A DNA stretch of 64,000 bases, taken from the NCBI GenBank assembly GCA_964016885.1, contig OZ024742.1, forward strand, positions 64,480,001 through 64,544,000, given 5' to 3'. The stretch is from Eledone cirrhosa. Lineage: Eukaryota. Made by a program: the position numbers and the translations under genes. Positions 52,901 through 63,153 of this stretch are shown piece by piece; position 1 is the stretch's first letter, and each line of letters opens with the position of its first letter. The notes beneath the pieces are model-generated. The model saw only the letters and a list, made by a program, of their open reading frames with translations. It had not been told where the DNA came from and made no database searches.

Positions 52901-55900
52901 GAGATGCTAGCTCATTGCAGTGTTAACACATATTTTTTTTTCTAATTGTGTGGGCTGGAGTAGTGTGAAATAAATGTCTTGTTCAAGGATACAGTGCACT
53001 GCCTGGTCTGAGAATGGAACTCAAGACCAAACTATACTATCAGAGTCCAATGGTAATGCTTGTACAATGATAAAGAGCATCCAGTCCATCCTGTCAGGTG
53101 GTAGTGCTGGTACCATGCAAAAATTCACCCAGTACACACTGTGAAGTGGTTGGTGTTAGGAAGGTCATCAGTCATAAACTTGATGCCAGAATGGTATATA
53201 TGAGTGAGATCCAGTCATCTGAGCTGTCTAACCTCAGAACGTGAATACCCACACAAGCATGGAAGATTGACGTGAAATAGTAATGGTGATGATGATGATG
53301 ATTTCATCTTTCTGCTGAGGATTGATGAAATAAGTATCAATCATGTACTGGGATCAATAAAAATAAGAAATTGTTACCTTTAAAAAAAAAAATCTAATCT
53401 TACCTGGGTTCCATTGATTTTGTAAAATCTGCCGTCTCTTCCCAAACCACCAATTTTGTCTTTCTAAAGAATTAAAATGATATCTATGTTATTCTTCAAT
53501 GTTATAAACATCATCATAGAATATTTGGTTCTCTAAAGCAATATTTATTAATTCATTTGAAGGTATCCATCGCTCCCTTCTAAAATGTGACTCTTATTCC
53601 CGAATATATTTTGTATATAGTCACTCGGGCGGCACATCACAGAGATTCTGATTACTAAATGGATGTTGGGAATATAATCATTGTTCAGGTATCTCAGGTA
53701 ACTTAACACAACAATCTCTCTCTATAACACAGTACAACTCAACAGTCTCTCTCTCTACAACATAACAGTCTCTCTCTCTACAAGACAACACAACAGTCTC
53801 TCCCTCTACAACACCACAGTCTCTCTCTACAACACAACACAGTCTTTCTTTGCAACACAACAATTTAGGTTTCACAGATTTTTAATTTATTAATAAGTTG
53901 TCAACCAGGCAAAATAAAGTCAGATTGAACTAAGCTTATTTCATACTTTGTCACAAAAAAACACTGGAAAATCTAAAGAATACCGTGTCATTATATAGAG
54001 TACATTGGCATTGTATAGAGTACATTGGCATTGTATAGAGTACCTTGTTTTTAGAGTACTTTAGAAAGTGGAACTTCTGTTGTTGTGGTCAGATGAATAG
54101 TACATAGGTTTAGGCATATAGTGATGGCAGTTCAATGGATTGTATATAGATTTAGGCAGTGTAGTGGTGGTCACATGGATTGTTGCAGTGTTAATGATAA
54201 ATAAATCATGTTCCATTTACATGAATTCCATAGTGACTCCAAAACAACAACAACAACAACAACAATAGCATCAGAACAACAACAGCATCAGCAACAATAA
54301 CACCAACAACAGCATCAACAACAACAACAAGAATTACAAAGAGAAGAAGAAGAAGAACAAGAACAAGAACAACAACAACAACAACAACCGTAAAACTCCA
54401 CCAACAACAAGAACAGCAACAATAGCAGCAACACCACCAACAACAAAAACTCCACCCCCACCACCACCAACAACAAAAAAAACCTCCACCACCACCACCA
54501 ACAATAACAACAAAAACTCCACCACCACCACCACCAACAACAACAACAAAATAACTCCACCGCCAACAACAACAACAACCAAAAAACCACCACCACCACC
54601 AGCAACAACAACAACAACAAAAATCCACCACCACCACCACCACCAACAACAACAACAAAAACACCAACAACAACAAGAGCATCAAGAACATCAAGAACAA
54701 CAGTAAAAAGAATATCTTCCTTACGCTGTCTGACGTTAACTTGACGTTGTTGTGTTTGCTGCAGTCCAGACCAGTTTCTCTGTGGACATAGAGGATAAAA
54801 TCAGATTTAAGGAGTTAAAGCTGGAAGAAGGGTAAAGTGAGAAGAAGAAGATGATGGGGAGTGGAGAGAGGATATCTAGCATAGCTGTCAAACACATACC
54901 TCCATGTTCCCTCTGTGCAAACGCTGAAGTATGGCTAACATAGGGGCTGAGAGATTCCAGAGGACATTTCAATTAACGAAGAATTAGCAGAAGTTTAGTA
55001 ATCTAAGACCAACACACACACACATGTACACACACACATACATGCATGCATGCACATATACACATACACAACAATTCAGGTCGGGTTTCCCCTCTTCATT
55101 ACTTTCAACAGCACTAAACGAACACTCCCCTCCCCCCACCCACACACATACACTCACACATCATCATCATCATCGTTTAACATCCATTTTCCATGCTAGC
55201 ATGGGTAAGACGGGCTGTCACTTTGTGAGAGATCAGGTTGGAGGACCATGTTTTGCTCACATATATATATATACACATACACTCACATACACACTCATAC
55301 ACACAGATACAGAAACACTCTCTCTCACACATAGTTATCAATGAGAACCAACCATTCATGGGCAAGGGAAGTCAATGTAATTGACTCCAGTAAGTGACTG
55401 GTACTTTAGTTTATCGACCCTGGTATGATGAAAGGTAAAGTTGACCTTGGCAGGATTTGAACTCAAAACATAAACAGCTGTAACTAAAATAATCTGATGT
55501 TCTAACAATTATGTCAAGCCAGCACTCTATTATTCTAGTTAATAATTGTTTCTACTTTAGGCACAAGACCAGCAATTTGCAGAGAGGGGGGGGGGGAGGT
55601 TGATTAAATCGACTCCAGTGCATTACTGGTACTTTATTTTATTGACCCTGTAAGGATCAAAGGCAAAGTTAACCTCGGCGAGATTTGAACTCGGAACGTA
55701 AAGGGCCATAACTATGCTGCAAAGCATGATGATCGACGTCCTACCGATACTGCTAATCCACCACCCCTCTAGTTAATAGTAATAACAATACTAACAATAT
55801 CTAATGTCAATTTGCCATACTTGCTTGAGTTAGATGGCTTGTCTCATTCTGAGACAGTCAGATGACTATGGTTAGTTCATACATTCCATATTAGGCGTTA

Positions 55901-57276
55901 TTTTCAATAGCTGGATGCCCTCCTAACAAAGCAGTTTTAGCCACCACCCTGCAGTTTTAGCCACCACTCTTGCACAAGTTTAATAACTTTTGTAATTTAT
56001 GAAAAGCTGTTGAGAAAACGATGTTATAAAATGAAAACTAATCAAAGATATGGTGTAAGCAGACCTACCAACCTCTAAAAACCCAAACAGGGAGTACCAT
56101 AAAAAAAAGTTCCCGAAAATGGGGAGAAATGAGGCAAAATGGGGAGATTTTACACAATGAAAACAGGGAGACAGGGAGAAATGAGTCCAAATGGGGAGAT
56201 CTTCGTGTCAGACGGGGAGAGATGACAGGTCTGTGTAAGACAACAAACATTATCAACAAATTAAGCAATTATCAGTGAGAACCAAGCATGAGAAAGATAT
56301 CAAATGGGATTGCTATTAATAGAGATTGGTGAGTGCGGTGGATTGGCAGAATTGTGAGAGGGTCGAACAAAATGCTCTGCAGCATTTAGTTAGGGCTAAT
56401 TAAATTTTAAGTTCAAATCCTGCCAATTTCTTTTCTTTTTCTTTTGTTATCATTTATTTTACTAGCCGTGTATAAATTTAAAATATACAAAAGGTGCATA
56501 AAAAATGTATGATACACTATTTACAAAGAAGAGAATAAAAGGTTCTTCAGAATGGAATCAAGTAGTTCATTATTGAGAATGTGTTAATCAGGCTAGTGAT
56601 GCCATTGAGAAGAATTATAGTAAAAAACTATCATCATTTTCATGATGGCCTCTAAAAGGAGCAAAGTCATTTTTTATTTTATTTATAAATTTTGAAATAT
56701 TTTTTTTAATGTTACTAAAAATGGAAGACTTTTACCAGAAACAGGTTTATTGATTACTCAACAGCATCTTTTTAATATATTCTTTTTACATCTTTTGAGT
56801 CTGGAAGAGTTTCATCTTTGCACTCAAAATGATTCCAGATAATTGGTCCACAATAGGAGTAGCTGAATTTATTCAATTTTGTCCTTCCCTAGGTTAATAA
56901 TATAAACGTCCCAGTATCTTACTAGGGTTGGCATGATCAACTTTCCCATTCCCTCCTAAAATTGTTGGTCTTGTGCCTAAATTAAAAACCATTAATAAAG
57001 ACTGGTACATGTAAAGATGTTCAATCTTTTAATACAGACTAAAATATTTTAAATTCTAAGTGAGAACATATCAGTTCTAGGTGAGACTTTGCTAATTTAA
57101 AATGAGATCAAGGATTTCAAAATGAGATTGATACAAAAAAAATTGATTATGATACATACCTGGAACCTTCTGTTCTGATTCCTTCTTGGAAATGAAAATA
57201 CCAAAGAGAAACCAGTAAAGACAACCATCATAACAAAGACATTTCTCTGCAGGTACAATGACTTTTTAGTAGACAT
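17552..57276 (-). CDS. Secreted astacin-family (M12A) zinc metalloprotease with C-terminal MAM domain (myosinase/ALSM- or meprin-like), ~501 aa; exons 57276-57160, 54779-54725, 53463-53404, 51752-51714, 50502-50449, 49540-49497, 37407-37332, 35688-35553, 27853-27678, 25133-24903, 21360-21214, 18404-18154, 17671-17552
   Basis: 13 GT-AG exons join in frame (1506 nt): hydrophobic signal, prodomain PEERGNRFEGDM, RKKR activation site, RWP..[22 protein letters not shown] zinc motif, SIMHY Met-turn, MAM domain (CNFE..CSW.Q...DDFDW; GYYIY; GDIAVDDI). Confidence 0.93.
18154..18404 (-). CDS. Astacin-MAM exon 12, MAM core
   Basis: GYYIYAEA...RLTS...YHMAG..VGSL...QGDEW. Confidence 0.95.
20125..20490 (-). 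mobile_element. 3' end of RTE-family LINE or related SINE with (GAT)n tail
   Basis: Closely matches 6170-6400, 52190-52435 and 63390-63990 (GGTGTTAGGAAGGGCATCCAGC...GACGTTAAACGATGATG). Confidence 0.8.
21214..21360 (-). CDS. Astacin-MAM exon 11, MAM start
   Basis: DCNFEQQNTCSWKQDTDDDFDW...TGPSGD. Confidence 0.95.
21395..22072 (-). mobile_element. Three tRNA-derived SINE copies
   Basis: Same SINE consensus at about 21395-21580, 21645-21850 and 21887-22072. Confidence 0.85.
23646..24582. mobile_element. piggyBac-like MITE (TTAA|CCCTTTAGCATTT...AAATGCTAAAGGG|TTAA) containing a SINE and a 60-bp tandem array
   Basis: TTAA TSD and TIRs; related copies at about 1415-1610, 18681-18876 and 62122-62494. 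Confidence 0.8.
23970..24570. repeat. 60-bp tandem array, ~10 near-identical copies
   Basis: Lines 24001-24540 are identical; the unit derives from the MITE subterminal sequence. Confidence 0.97.
24903..25133 (-). CDS. Astacin-MAM exon 10, Met-turn
   Basis: PYDYQSIMHYG...IGQR..ISPIDIKKVQLLYGC. Confidence 0.97.
27678..27853 (-). CDS. Astacin-MAM exon 9, zinc-binding motif
   Basis: CFSSVGKIGGAQ...[22 protein letters not shown]. Confidence 0.97.
28230..28722 (-). mobile_element. Fragment of a CRE/NeSL-like non-LTR retrotransposon ORF (post-RT region)
   Basis: LRNYLSIPKFLYLLRVSP...QAALPKRFGGLGLR..SSLSLPCFLSS, the LPxRxGGLG motif; clade assignment is from memory of motifs. Confidence 0.65.
29320..29965 (-). 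mobile_element. 5'-truncated RTE (Rex3/Expander-like) LINE 3' end with (GAA)n tail
   Basis: VNGVLLKQLEKFKYLG..SDG..RIAKA; AEMGFIRRI..LRYYEHVARM. Confidence 0.85.
30748..32140 (+). mobile_element. Two tandem pairs of tRNA-derived SINEs (about 30748-31128 and 31748-32140)
   Basis: Same SINE consensus, near-identical copies. Confidence 0.85.
32936..33078. repeat. Inverted repeat (~50-bp arms) with (TA)n(GA)n spacer
   Basis: ATATTATGTATTTTGCGAAATC-AATAATGACCTTTGGTCTTTCACACTC is mirrored, with a ~10-nt insert in the right arm. Confidence 0.9.
33143..33447. repeat. 148-bp-arm fold-back with a tRNA-derived core
   Basis: Arms 33143-33290 and 33300-33447, about 4 mismatches, 9-nt loop; A-box TGGTGTAAATGG (- strand), B-box GGTTCGACTCC, then TTTTT. 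Confidence 0.9.
33598..33657 (-). ncRNA. Minimal type I hammerhead ribozyme (inverted twin copy)
   Basis: Exact reverse complement of 34284-34343; lies on the sense strand of the astacin pre-mRNA. Confidence 0.8.
34284..34343 (+). ncRNA. Minimal type I hammerhead ribozyme
   Basis: UCUUUA-UGCU [CUGAAGA] GUCC-CACU-ucu-AGUG-u-GGAC [GAAA] C-acu-G U U / AGCA-au-UAAAGA: intact core, stems I and II, very short palindromic stem III, predicted cleavage after 34331. Confidence 0.8.
34493..34670. repeat. Perfect palindrome, 88-bp arms, 2-nt loop
   Basis: ...GTACAACCACTGATT-TG-AATCAGTGGTTGTAC...; no mismatch seen. Confidence 0.95.
35553..35688 (-). CDS. Astacin-MAM exon 8 (NDAQKSLILKAMNEI...CIYFTPRT...DVG)
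   Basis: CIxFxPRT astacin motif; phases compatible with neighbours. Confidence 0.92.
35742..36100. repeat. 20-bp minisatellite (ATTATACACCACTATATCAC)n
   Basis: Visible 20-bp period that degenerates distally. Confidence 0.9.
36127..37310 (+). mobile_element. Cluster of about six head-to-tail tRNA-derived SINE copies and fragments
   Basis: Repeated SINE core; some copies carry an extra internal segment (GATTTAATCGACTTTCCCC). Confidence 0.85.
37332..37407 (-). CDS. Astacin-MAM exon 7 (KRGVLTDKFQRWPIGMIPYTLDNSY)
   Basis: Mature astacin N-terminal RWP..IPY motif. Confidence 0.92.
37959..49490. repeat. 42-bp satellite, ~274 copies, in astacin intron 6
   Basis: Unit CAAAGTATAACAATATTTAGTTTATTGGTAGTAT-(GTCTCACC or GACCCTCC). 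Confidence 0.99.
49497..49540 (-). CDS. Astacin-MAM exon 6 (NRFEGDMSVTPPLRK)
   Basis: FEGD aspartate-switch motif of astacin propeptides; AAG|gtaagt donor. Confidence 0.9.
50080..50279. mobile_element. hAT-like MITE with 8-bp TSD
   Basis: TIRs CAGTACCAGATTTA and TAAATCCGGCACTG; TSD CTCTGATC/CTCTGATT. Confidence 0.75.
50449..50502 (-). CDS. Astacin-MAM exon 5 (GHRRKPQQAGEISPEERG)
   Basis: tttttcag acceptor, gtgagt donor; PEE.G prodomain motif. Confidence 0.8.
50858..51182. repeat. 90-bp tandem repeat, ~3.6 copies
   Basis: CCAATCATCTCATTCCATTTCTCTTCACAACCTTCATCACTGGCCCTATT recurs every 90 bp. Confidence 0.92.
51423..51690. repeat. Compound (CA)/(TG)/(TATG) microsatellite
   Basis: Direct inspection. 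Confidence 0.95.
51714..51752 (-). CDS. Astacin-MAM exon 4 (DIYQRLRWDILPP)
   Basis: tcttttag acceptor, G|gtgagt donor; open in phase 1, stop in phase 0. Confidence 0.6.
53404..53463 (-). CDS. Astacin-MAM exon 3 (QRQNWWFGKRRQILQNQWNP)
   Basis: tctttag acceptor, G|gtaaga donor, phase 1-1. Confidence 0.65.
54240..54702. repeat. (CAA)/(CCA) trinucleotide low-complexity tract
   Basis: Direct inspection; similar tracts at 26580-26775 and 37468-37630. Confidence 0.9.
54725..54779 (-). CDS. Astacin-MAM exon 2 (RNWSGLQQTQQRQVNVRQ)
   Basis: cacag acceptor, gtaagg donor; supplies the phase 0 to phase 1 change the frame needs. Confidence 0.65.
55540..55767 (-). mobile_element. tRNA-derived SINE
   Basis: Same SINE consensus, long form. 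Confidence 0.85.
56060..56233. mobile_element. Small MITE with CAGACCT TIRs and internal GGGGAGA repeats
   Basis: CAGACCTACCAACCTCT...AGAGATGACAGGTCTG; TGTAAG duplicated on both sides. Confidence 0.7.
57160..57276 (-). CDS. Astacin-MAM exon 1, signal peptide (MSTKK...VFTGFSLVFS...RRFQ)
   Basis: ATG, hydrophobic stretch, CAG|gtatgt donor; a downstream ATG could be the real start. Confidence 0.75.
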
Positions 57277-58959
57277 TATTAAATCTTGATTTATATGTAA
57301 AGTCACAAATGAATTGTGTGTTGGTTTCTATGTTAAAGTCAACTAACTGTAAATATAGTAGAACTATTGAAGATATTCACTGAAGGAAGATATTACTGGC
57401 CAGTTTGACGGACTTTTTTTTTATTGGAGTTCATTTGCTTATGGCAGTTATGTATTTTAACCAGCCCATTAAAGGTGTAAATATAAATAAAAACTATGGG
57501 TGTCAAATTGTTGGTTTTGTATCTGTGGAAGGGTAGGTTGACGTTTGCTGTGTAAAAATATAGGTGTGTAGAATACATTCTCTATGAGTTAACATTTCCG
57601 AAACCATCATGAATATATAGCAACAGAGAGCAACAGCAAACCTATTTCAGTGTTCAAATACCAAAGGATTTGTTGGCAAACACAGTTAAATTGTTTGTAA
57701 CTAATTAATTAATATGGACACTATTAACTCTTAGCTTTTGCTAAGTTAAGAAAAAAACAAAACAAAACATAAGTATTTTGTAGGAATGTCTATCAAATGG
57801 GAACTGATACACTGTCATTATATTACCAGTATTACGGGGTCGATAAAATAAAGTACCAGTAATGTACTGGATAATTGCTGGCCTTGTGCCAAAAGTAGAA
57901 ACAATTATTACCAGTAATGCACTGGGTAATTGCTGGCCTTGTGCCACAAAGTAGAAACAATTATTACTTATATATTTATTTAATCAATTTAAATGTTGGT
58001 ATAGGCAGTGAATTGGTAGAGTCATTAGAACATCGGATGGTATTCGTTCCAGCTCTCTGCTCTCTGAGTTCAAATCCCACCGAAGTCAGCTTTGCCTTTC
58101 ATCCTTTCAAGGTCAATAAAAAAAGTACCAGTCTAGTACTGGGGTCCATTCTTCCTCTCTCTGGAAGAAATCTGCTGTACTCATGCCTGGAGAGGGGTGG
58201 GTTCTGCCAGGCTTAAAATGTCCAAGAAAAGCCATAGGTCAATACGGTGCCCCCGCGACACTATAAGGAGTTACAGGAATATACGTACACACATAGAGCT
58301 TGTAATCCATGAGAAACTGGAAAAGGTATCTAATAACACTGGATGACATTATTTTTTTAAATAAAACACTACTTTATTACTGTTTATGAATATGAAATCC
58401 ATTTTGTTCCATCACATCTACATTTTAATCTACAGATATCCCACATATACTACATTTACAGAAAAGTGTCTAATCTTGTGAACATTGCATGTAATTTATT
58501 AACGTACTAAACTACAATTAATCACTGTTAAAATAACAATATACACTTAGAAAAAAAACTAATACAAAAAAGTTACAGTATCATTGACTTCACTGTCAAG
58601 GAGTTCAAGAAGAGTGAAGTCAACAAAAATCTACCATCATGCAGGGATCGACTCACTCTTGGTACCTTGTTTCAACAGTAGTGATCATTTGGTACCTGGA
58701 AAGCCATCTCTGCGAACATAGTGCTGACTGACACCGCCCGTGTCCTGAGAAGAGCATTATCAAAAACAAATCAAAGTGAAGATTTTGTGGTATATTTTTT
58801 TTATTGAATTAAAACTAGTAAAAAATATATACATCGGAAATAGAATTAAATGTTTTGGCAGATTGGGTTATTTTTCATTTGTAATGAGAAAAAATATGGT
58901 TGGAACATTGGAATAATCATTTTTATTTATTTTTCATTGAATTTCACCTAGTCTCAGGT

Positions 58960-59510
58960 AATATATTTCCTATGGGGATCAAACCTGTAACTTTTAAGTT
59001 CCTATCCTCTATAGATCTCCTAGAGGATCAAGCCTCTATGTAAATCAAACATATGACTTCTAGTCTCCCAACCTCTATATGTCTCCTATGGTGTCAAACC
59101 TGCAACCTCTAGTCTCCCATCCTCTTTATATTTCCTACGAGGATCAAGTTTCTATGGGGATCAAACATATAATCTAGTTGCCCCTCCTCTATAATATCTC
59201 CAATGGGCATCAGACCTGTAACCTCTAGGTTTCCAGCTTCTATATATCTCCTATGGGTATCAAACCTCTATAGGAATCAAACATGTAACCTCTAATCTCC
59301 CATCCTCAATGTGTATCTTATGGGGATCAACCTTGTAACCTTTCATCTCCCAGCCCCTATATATCTCCTATGGGGATCAAACATATAACCTCTAGTCACC
59401 TATCCTCTATATATCTCCTAGGGGACTGAACCTGTAACCTCTATTCACCCAGCTTCTATATACCTCATAAAGGAATCAAACCTGTAACCTCTAGGCTCCC
59501 AGCCTTTGTA
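58960..59510. repeat. Degenerate ~48-bp minisatellite
   Basis: Recurring TATATCTCCTATGGGGATCAAACCTGTAACCTCTAG. Confidence 0.8.
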
Positions 59511-60493
59511 TGTACTATCTGTTTGTCACATATAATATCGACTATCACATACAATATTACTAAGCTGAGACATTACAATTCTACACAGCTCTTCCATCTA
59601 GTGTCAACTAGTTGTCCCCTATAATGTTTTCAATTTGCCTCTTATGTAAAATTTGCTGGTGTCTAAAAATATGAGCTATCTCTCATAAACGATGTCTTAT
59701 AAATATTAGAACTGTCAAGTAGCTGTATAGTTAACTAACTGACACATACAAATGTCACCTAGAACTAGGGGTTGATTTGATTGGGAGATGGTGGTGGGTT
59801 GGTGGTTGGTGGTGGGGTGGGGGTGCAACTGACTGCAGCCAGGGGTTCACTATATTTAAAGGGACCTAAATTAATTTTCTTGCTATCATAAATGTAATAT
59901 TCAGTTTGACACAGCAACTCTACTCCCCAATGAAATTTTCTGCTAGGGGCTGTCACATAGCTAATGCTACTCTGTTATCTTTGGTAAGATACCTCTCACA
60001 TGGCTGTTACACTGCATGTATACATACTCTAATTGAGTTTTATTTTCTCTCTCTCTTGTCTATCTCTTTTGTCTAACTCTCTCTCACCCTTTTCTATCTC
60101 TCTCTTGCCTCCCTCTCTCCCTCTCTTTCCCTCTCTCTTTCACACATACACACATACACAAACACATATCCAAATTACTTAGGCTCTACAGTTGTTCATG
60201 CTCTGTCTATGCACCACAATACATAATCTGTCTCTGTTTTTCCTCATCTTCAACCATTTAGTCTCTTGTCTCTCTCTCTCTATTTTCATTTCTCTCCTAT
60301 GTCAACCCATAGATTGCCATAAAAAAAATATTTATCCATCTTCTTCAAATCCCTCTCTCTCTATATATATATTTCCCTCTCTATATATATATTTCCCACT
60401 CTCACTCCCTCACTCACATCCACACCTACACCCATACACTCTCTCTCACTCACTTATTCTTCTTTACATTCATTCATCTTCTTCTGTGTGATG

Positions 60494-63012
60494 TCAGCAA
60501 GGTCCTCTAGTAAGAATGGTGTCATCAATAGCGATGTCACTCCGGTAAGATTCTCCAACCACACCAGCAATAATCAACTGCAACCAGAAAACAAAAACAC
60601 AACACATGACAATAAACAGACAGATTACTGTGGATTTGTTAACTCTTTTGATACCAAACTACCCGAAACCACCCCTTGTTCTATGATGTTATTTATCTTA
60701 ACGTGTTTATTTTTATCTAGAAATTTTCCATCATAGTTTTCTGTAAGAATTTTTGTTAAGTTATGTTCTAAACATTGGCTTATTAATGAGAAAGTTATAT
60801 TACTAAATCCCTTCATATTCTTGACTATTTTTAAAACTATATTCAAATGTTTTTAGTATCTTTACTATGTGTGTATGTGTGTGTTAGATATGTTATTTAT
60901 TGCAATTTTCGTGTTATTTTTCTAGGGTACACCTCCTCAAATTAACTTTTAATATCCCACGATAATTTAGCAGAAAATATCTAGAAATAAGTTTGTTAAT
61001 TGAAATATTTATAGTATCTTTACTTGGGGAAAGATTGTTGTGAAAATTTGCAGTATTAGATTAAAGACTTTAATATTTAATATGATGTGACCACAGTGCT
61101 GTTTTGTGCTTTTCAAGAATATCTTGTTACTGTGGCTTCATGCTGTACAGGACATTAGAGTTACTTTGAAAATGTTAAACAAAAAATCAACAACAAAAGA
61201 AAACAAAAGCAAGTTTATCTAAAATATTACCTGGGATGATTCTGAAACCGAAAAACCAATTCGAGTAATGTTCCAGTACGGTCCAATGTTGTCCTTTCTA
61301 ATCCACAAAATTGTCTCCCTGTTGTGGTTCCGTAGACTGACTGTTAACATGGAAACATGACTACCAAACATAAAGTAAGCCATTTCAAAGCAATATCCTC
61401 CAGTTACTGGTGGTAAAACTGGTGACATAATCCGAGCAACATCTCCACTAATGCGAGGGGCTGATGTTTCAATATAGAGATAATAACCTGAAACATAAGT
61501 AACAAATATGAGAAAAAATACCTTAACCCTTTAGTTAGCAATCTGACCAAAGCCAGCTCTGGTTCTATGACAAAAAACCACCCATTTTAAAGGTTTCCAA
61601 TATTATTTTATATAAGCACTTTAGATTAAGTTATTGTCTAAGTAATGAAATAATTAATAAATTTAGTAAATCCCTTAAAATTCTTCATCAATTAATTAAA
61701 ATAGTGTATTTCATTAGAAATGCAGCCATGAAAGGGTTAAATGTGAGGAAAATCAGAAAGCTAAAAACACAGCCTATTGAATAACAAGGAAGAAAAACTG
61801 TGTTTTCTATTTACACTACATAAAGTTAATGTAACATTTCTACATAGAAGAAATAATACACACAATAAATCCAACACTAATCACACAAAAAACAATGTAA
61901 TGTGTTCATTTAGTGGTGGTGGTGGGGATATATATTAATCAATGCTAGGCTAAATGATAAATACTTTATAAACATATAACTCTCTTGTTTTCAGGAACAT
62001 GCAATGATTCATGTCTTGAAGAGAAGTCATAGTGAAAGAAATACTTGGCAGGAATAACTAGCAAAGCATATGAATCTGACTGACATAGATTCAGGAAGAA
62101 ATTAGAAGACCCTTCAGCATCTTAACCCTTTAGCATTTAGAATTCTCTCACCTCTACCTTTCGAATCGGCTGTAACCGGCCACTGATACTGATGTTAAGG
62201 TATTGCTCTCAATATAAATAATTGTTTCTACTTTTGGCATAAGGCTAGCAATTACCCCAGTGCATTACTGGTGCTTTATTTTATCGACCCCGTAAAGATG
62301 AAAGGCAAGGTTAACCTCGGTGGGATTTGAACTCAGATTGTAAAGGGCTGTAACTCTATGCGTCAAAGCATGGCGTCCGACCCTCTACCGATACTGCCAA
62401 TCAAAATCTCATAGATTCGATATAATGTGAGGTAAAGCCTTTACCATGAAAATATAATAGTAAATATAGAGTAATGCAAATGCTAAAGGGTTAAACTTTT
62501 CATCTGGCTTTATAACCTGCTGTCAATAAAATTTTGATAAGTAATTTGCCAGGTCAATGTATTCAATGAAAAGCATTAATTGAGAGTAAATATATATCAT
62601 TTACAGAAAGAGAGTGTTCAATGGAACAGGCAAATTCATTTCCTTAGCAAGTTTGAAGGTAGGGTGAGTCTATTAATCATATACCTCTTTGCACTATAAC
62701 ACAATAGAAACTGGTGGACACTGTAGAGAACAGAATAAAAATAGATAGATACTTTATCTGGCAGGATGTACCAGACATACAAATACACATACATCCACAT
62801 AGAAACACGCACACACACATAGAAACATGCACACAGCTTGAGATAATGTGACAGTCTCAATGAAAACGTACCATTAGTTCCAGTGTGATCTGTATTTGGT
62901 CCAGTTCCTGGAGTTCCGGTTGGACCAGAATGTCGAATCCATTCAAATTCATCCCTAGTATCTTGTATCCAGGAACACAAATCTCTTTGGAAGTCACATG
63001 TCACCGAATGTT
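60494..63012 (-). CDS. MAM-domain C-terminus of a second gene, probably a tandem astacin-MAM paralog (5' part outside window); exons 63012-62872, 61487-61231, 60577-60494
   Basis: TCDFQRDLCSWIQDTRDEFEW..TGPNTDHT / GYYLYIETS..GDVARIMSP..YFMFG / SDIAIDD..RGPC*; same intron positions and phases as the downstream MAM domain. An in-frame alternative acceptor lies about 20 nt further upstream. Confidence 0.9.
62122..62494. mobile_element. piggyBac-like MITE with SINE insertion (about 62218-62402)
   Basis: TTAA|CCCTTTAGCATTT...AAATGCTAAAGGG|TTAA. Confidence 0.8.
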
Positions 63013-63115
63013 CTGAAATTAGATTCATGACACCTACAGGATTCATTTTGACCAAATTTTGTAAAATTGTGTCATATGTAACAGAATATAGGTTCAAAGG
63101 TGGTGGTGGTGAGTA

Positions 63116-63151
<36 letters not shown>

Positions 63152-63153
<2 letters not shown>

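Noticed and set aside
53404-53463. Phase-0 reading of exon 3 (KDKIGGLGRDGRFYKINGTQ)
   Set aside because: Open, but incompatible with the phase-1 exons downstream that lead into FEGDM.
54206-54700. Cys/Trp/Val/Leu-rich ORFs, plus similar ORFs at 26684, 35601, 37414 and 51371
   Set aside because: Translations of microsatellite or low-complexity DNA.
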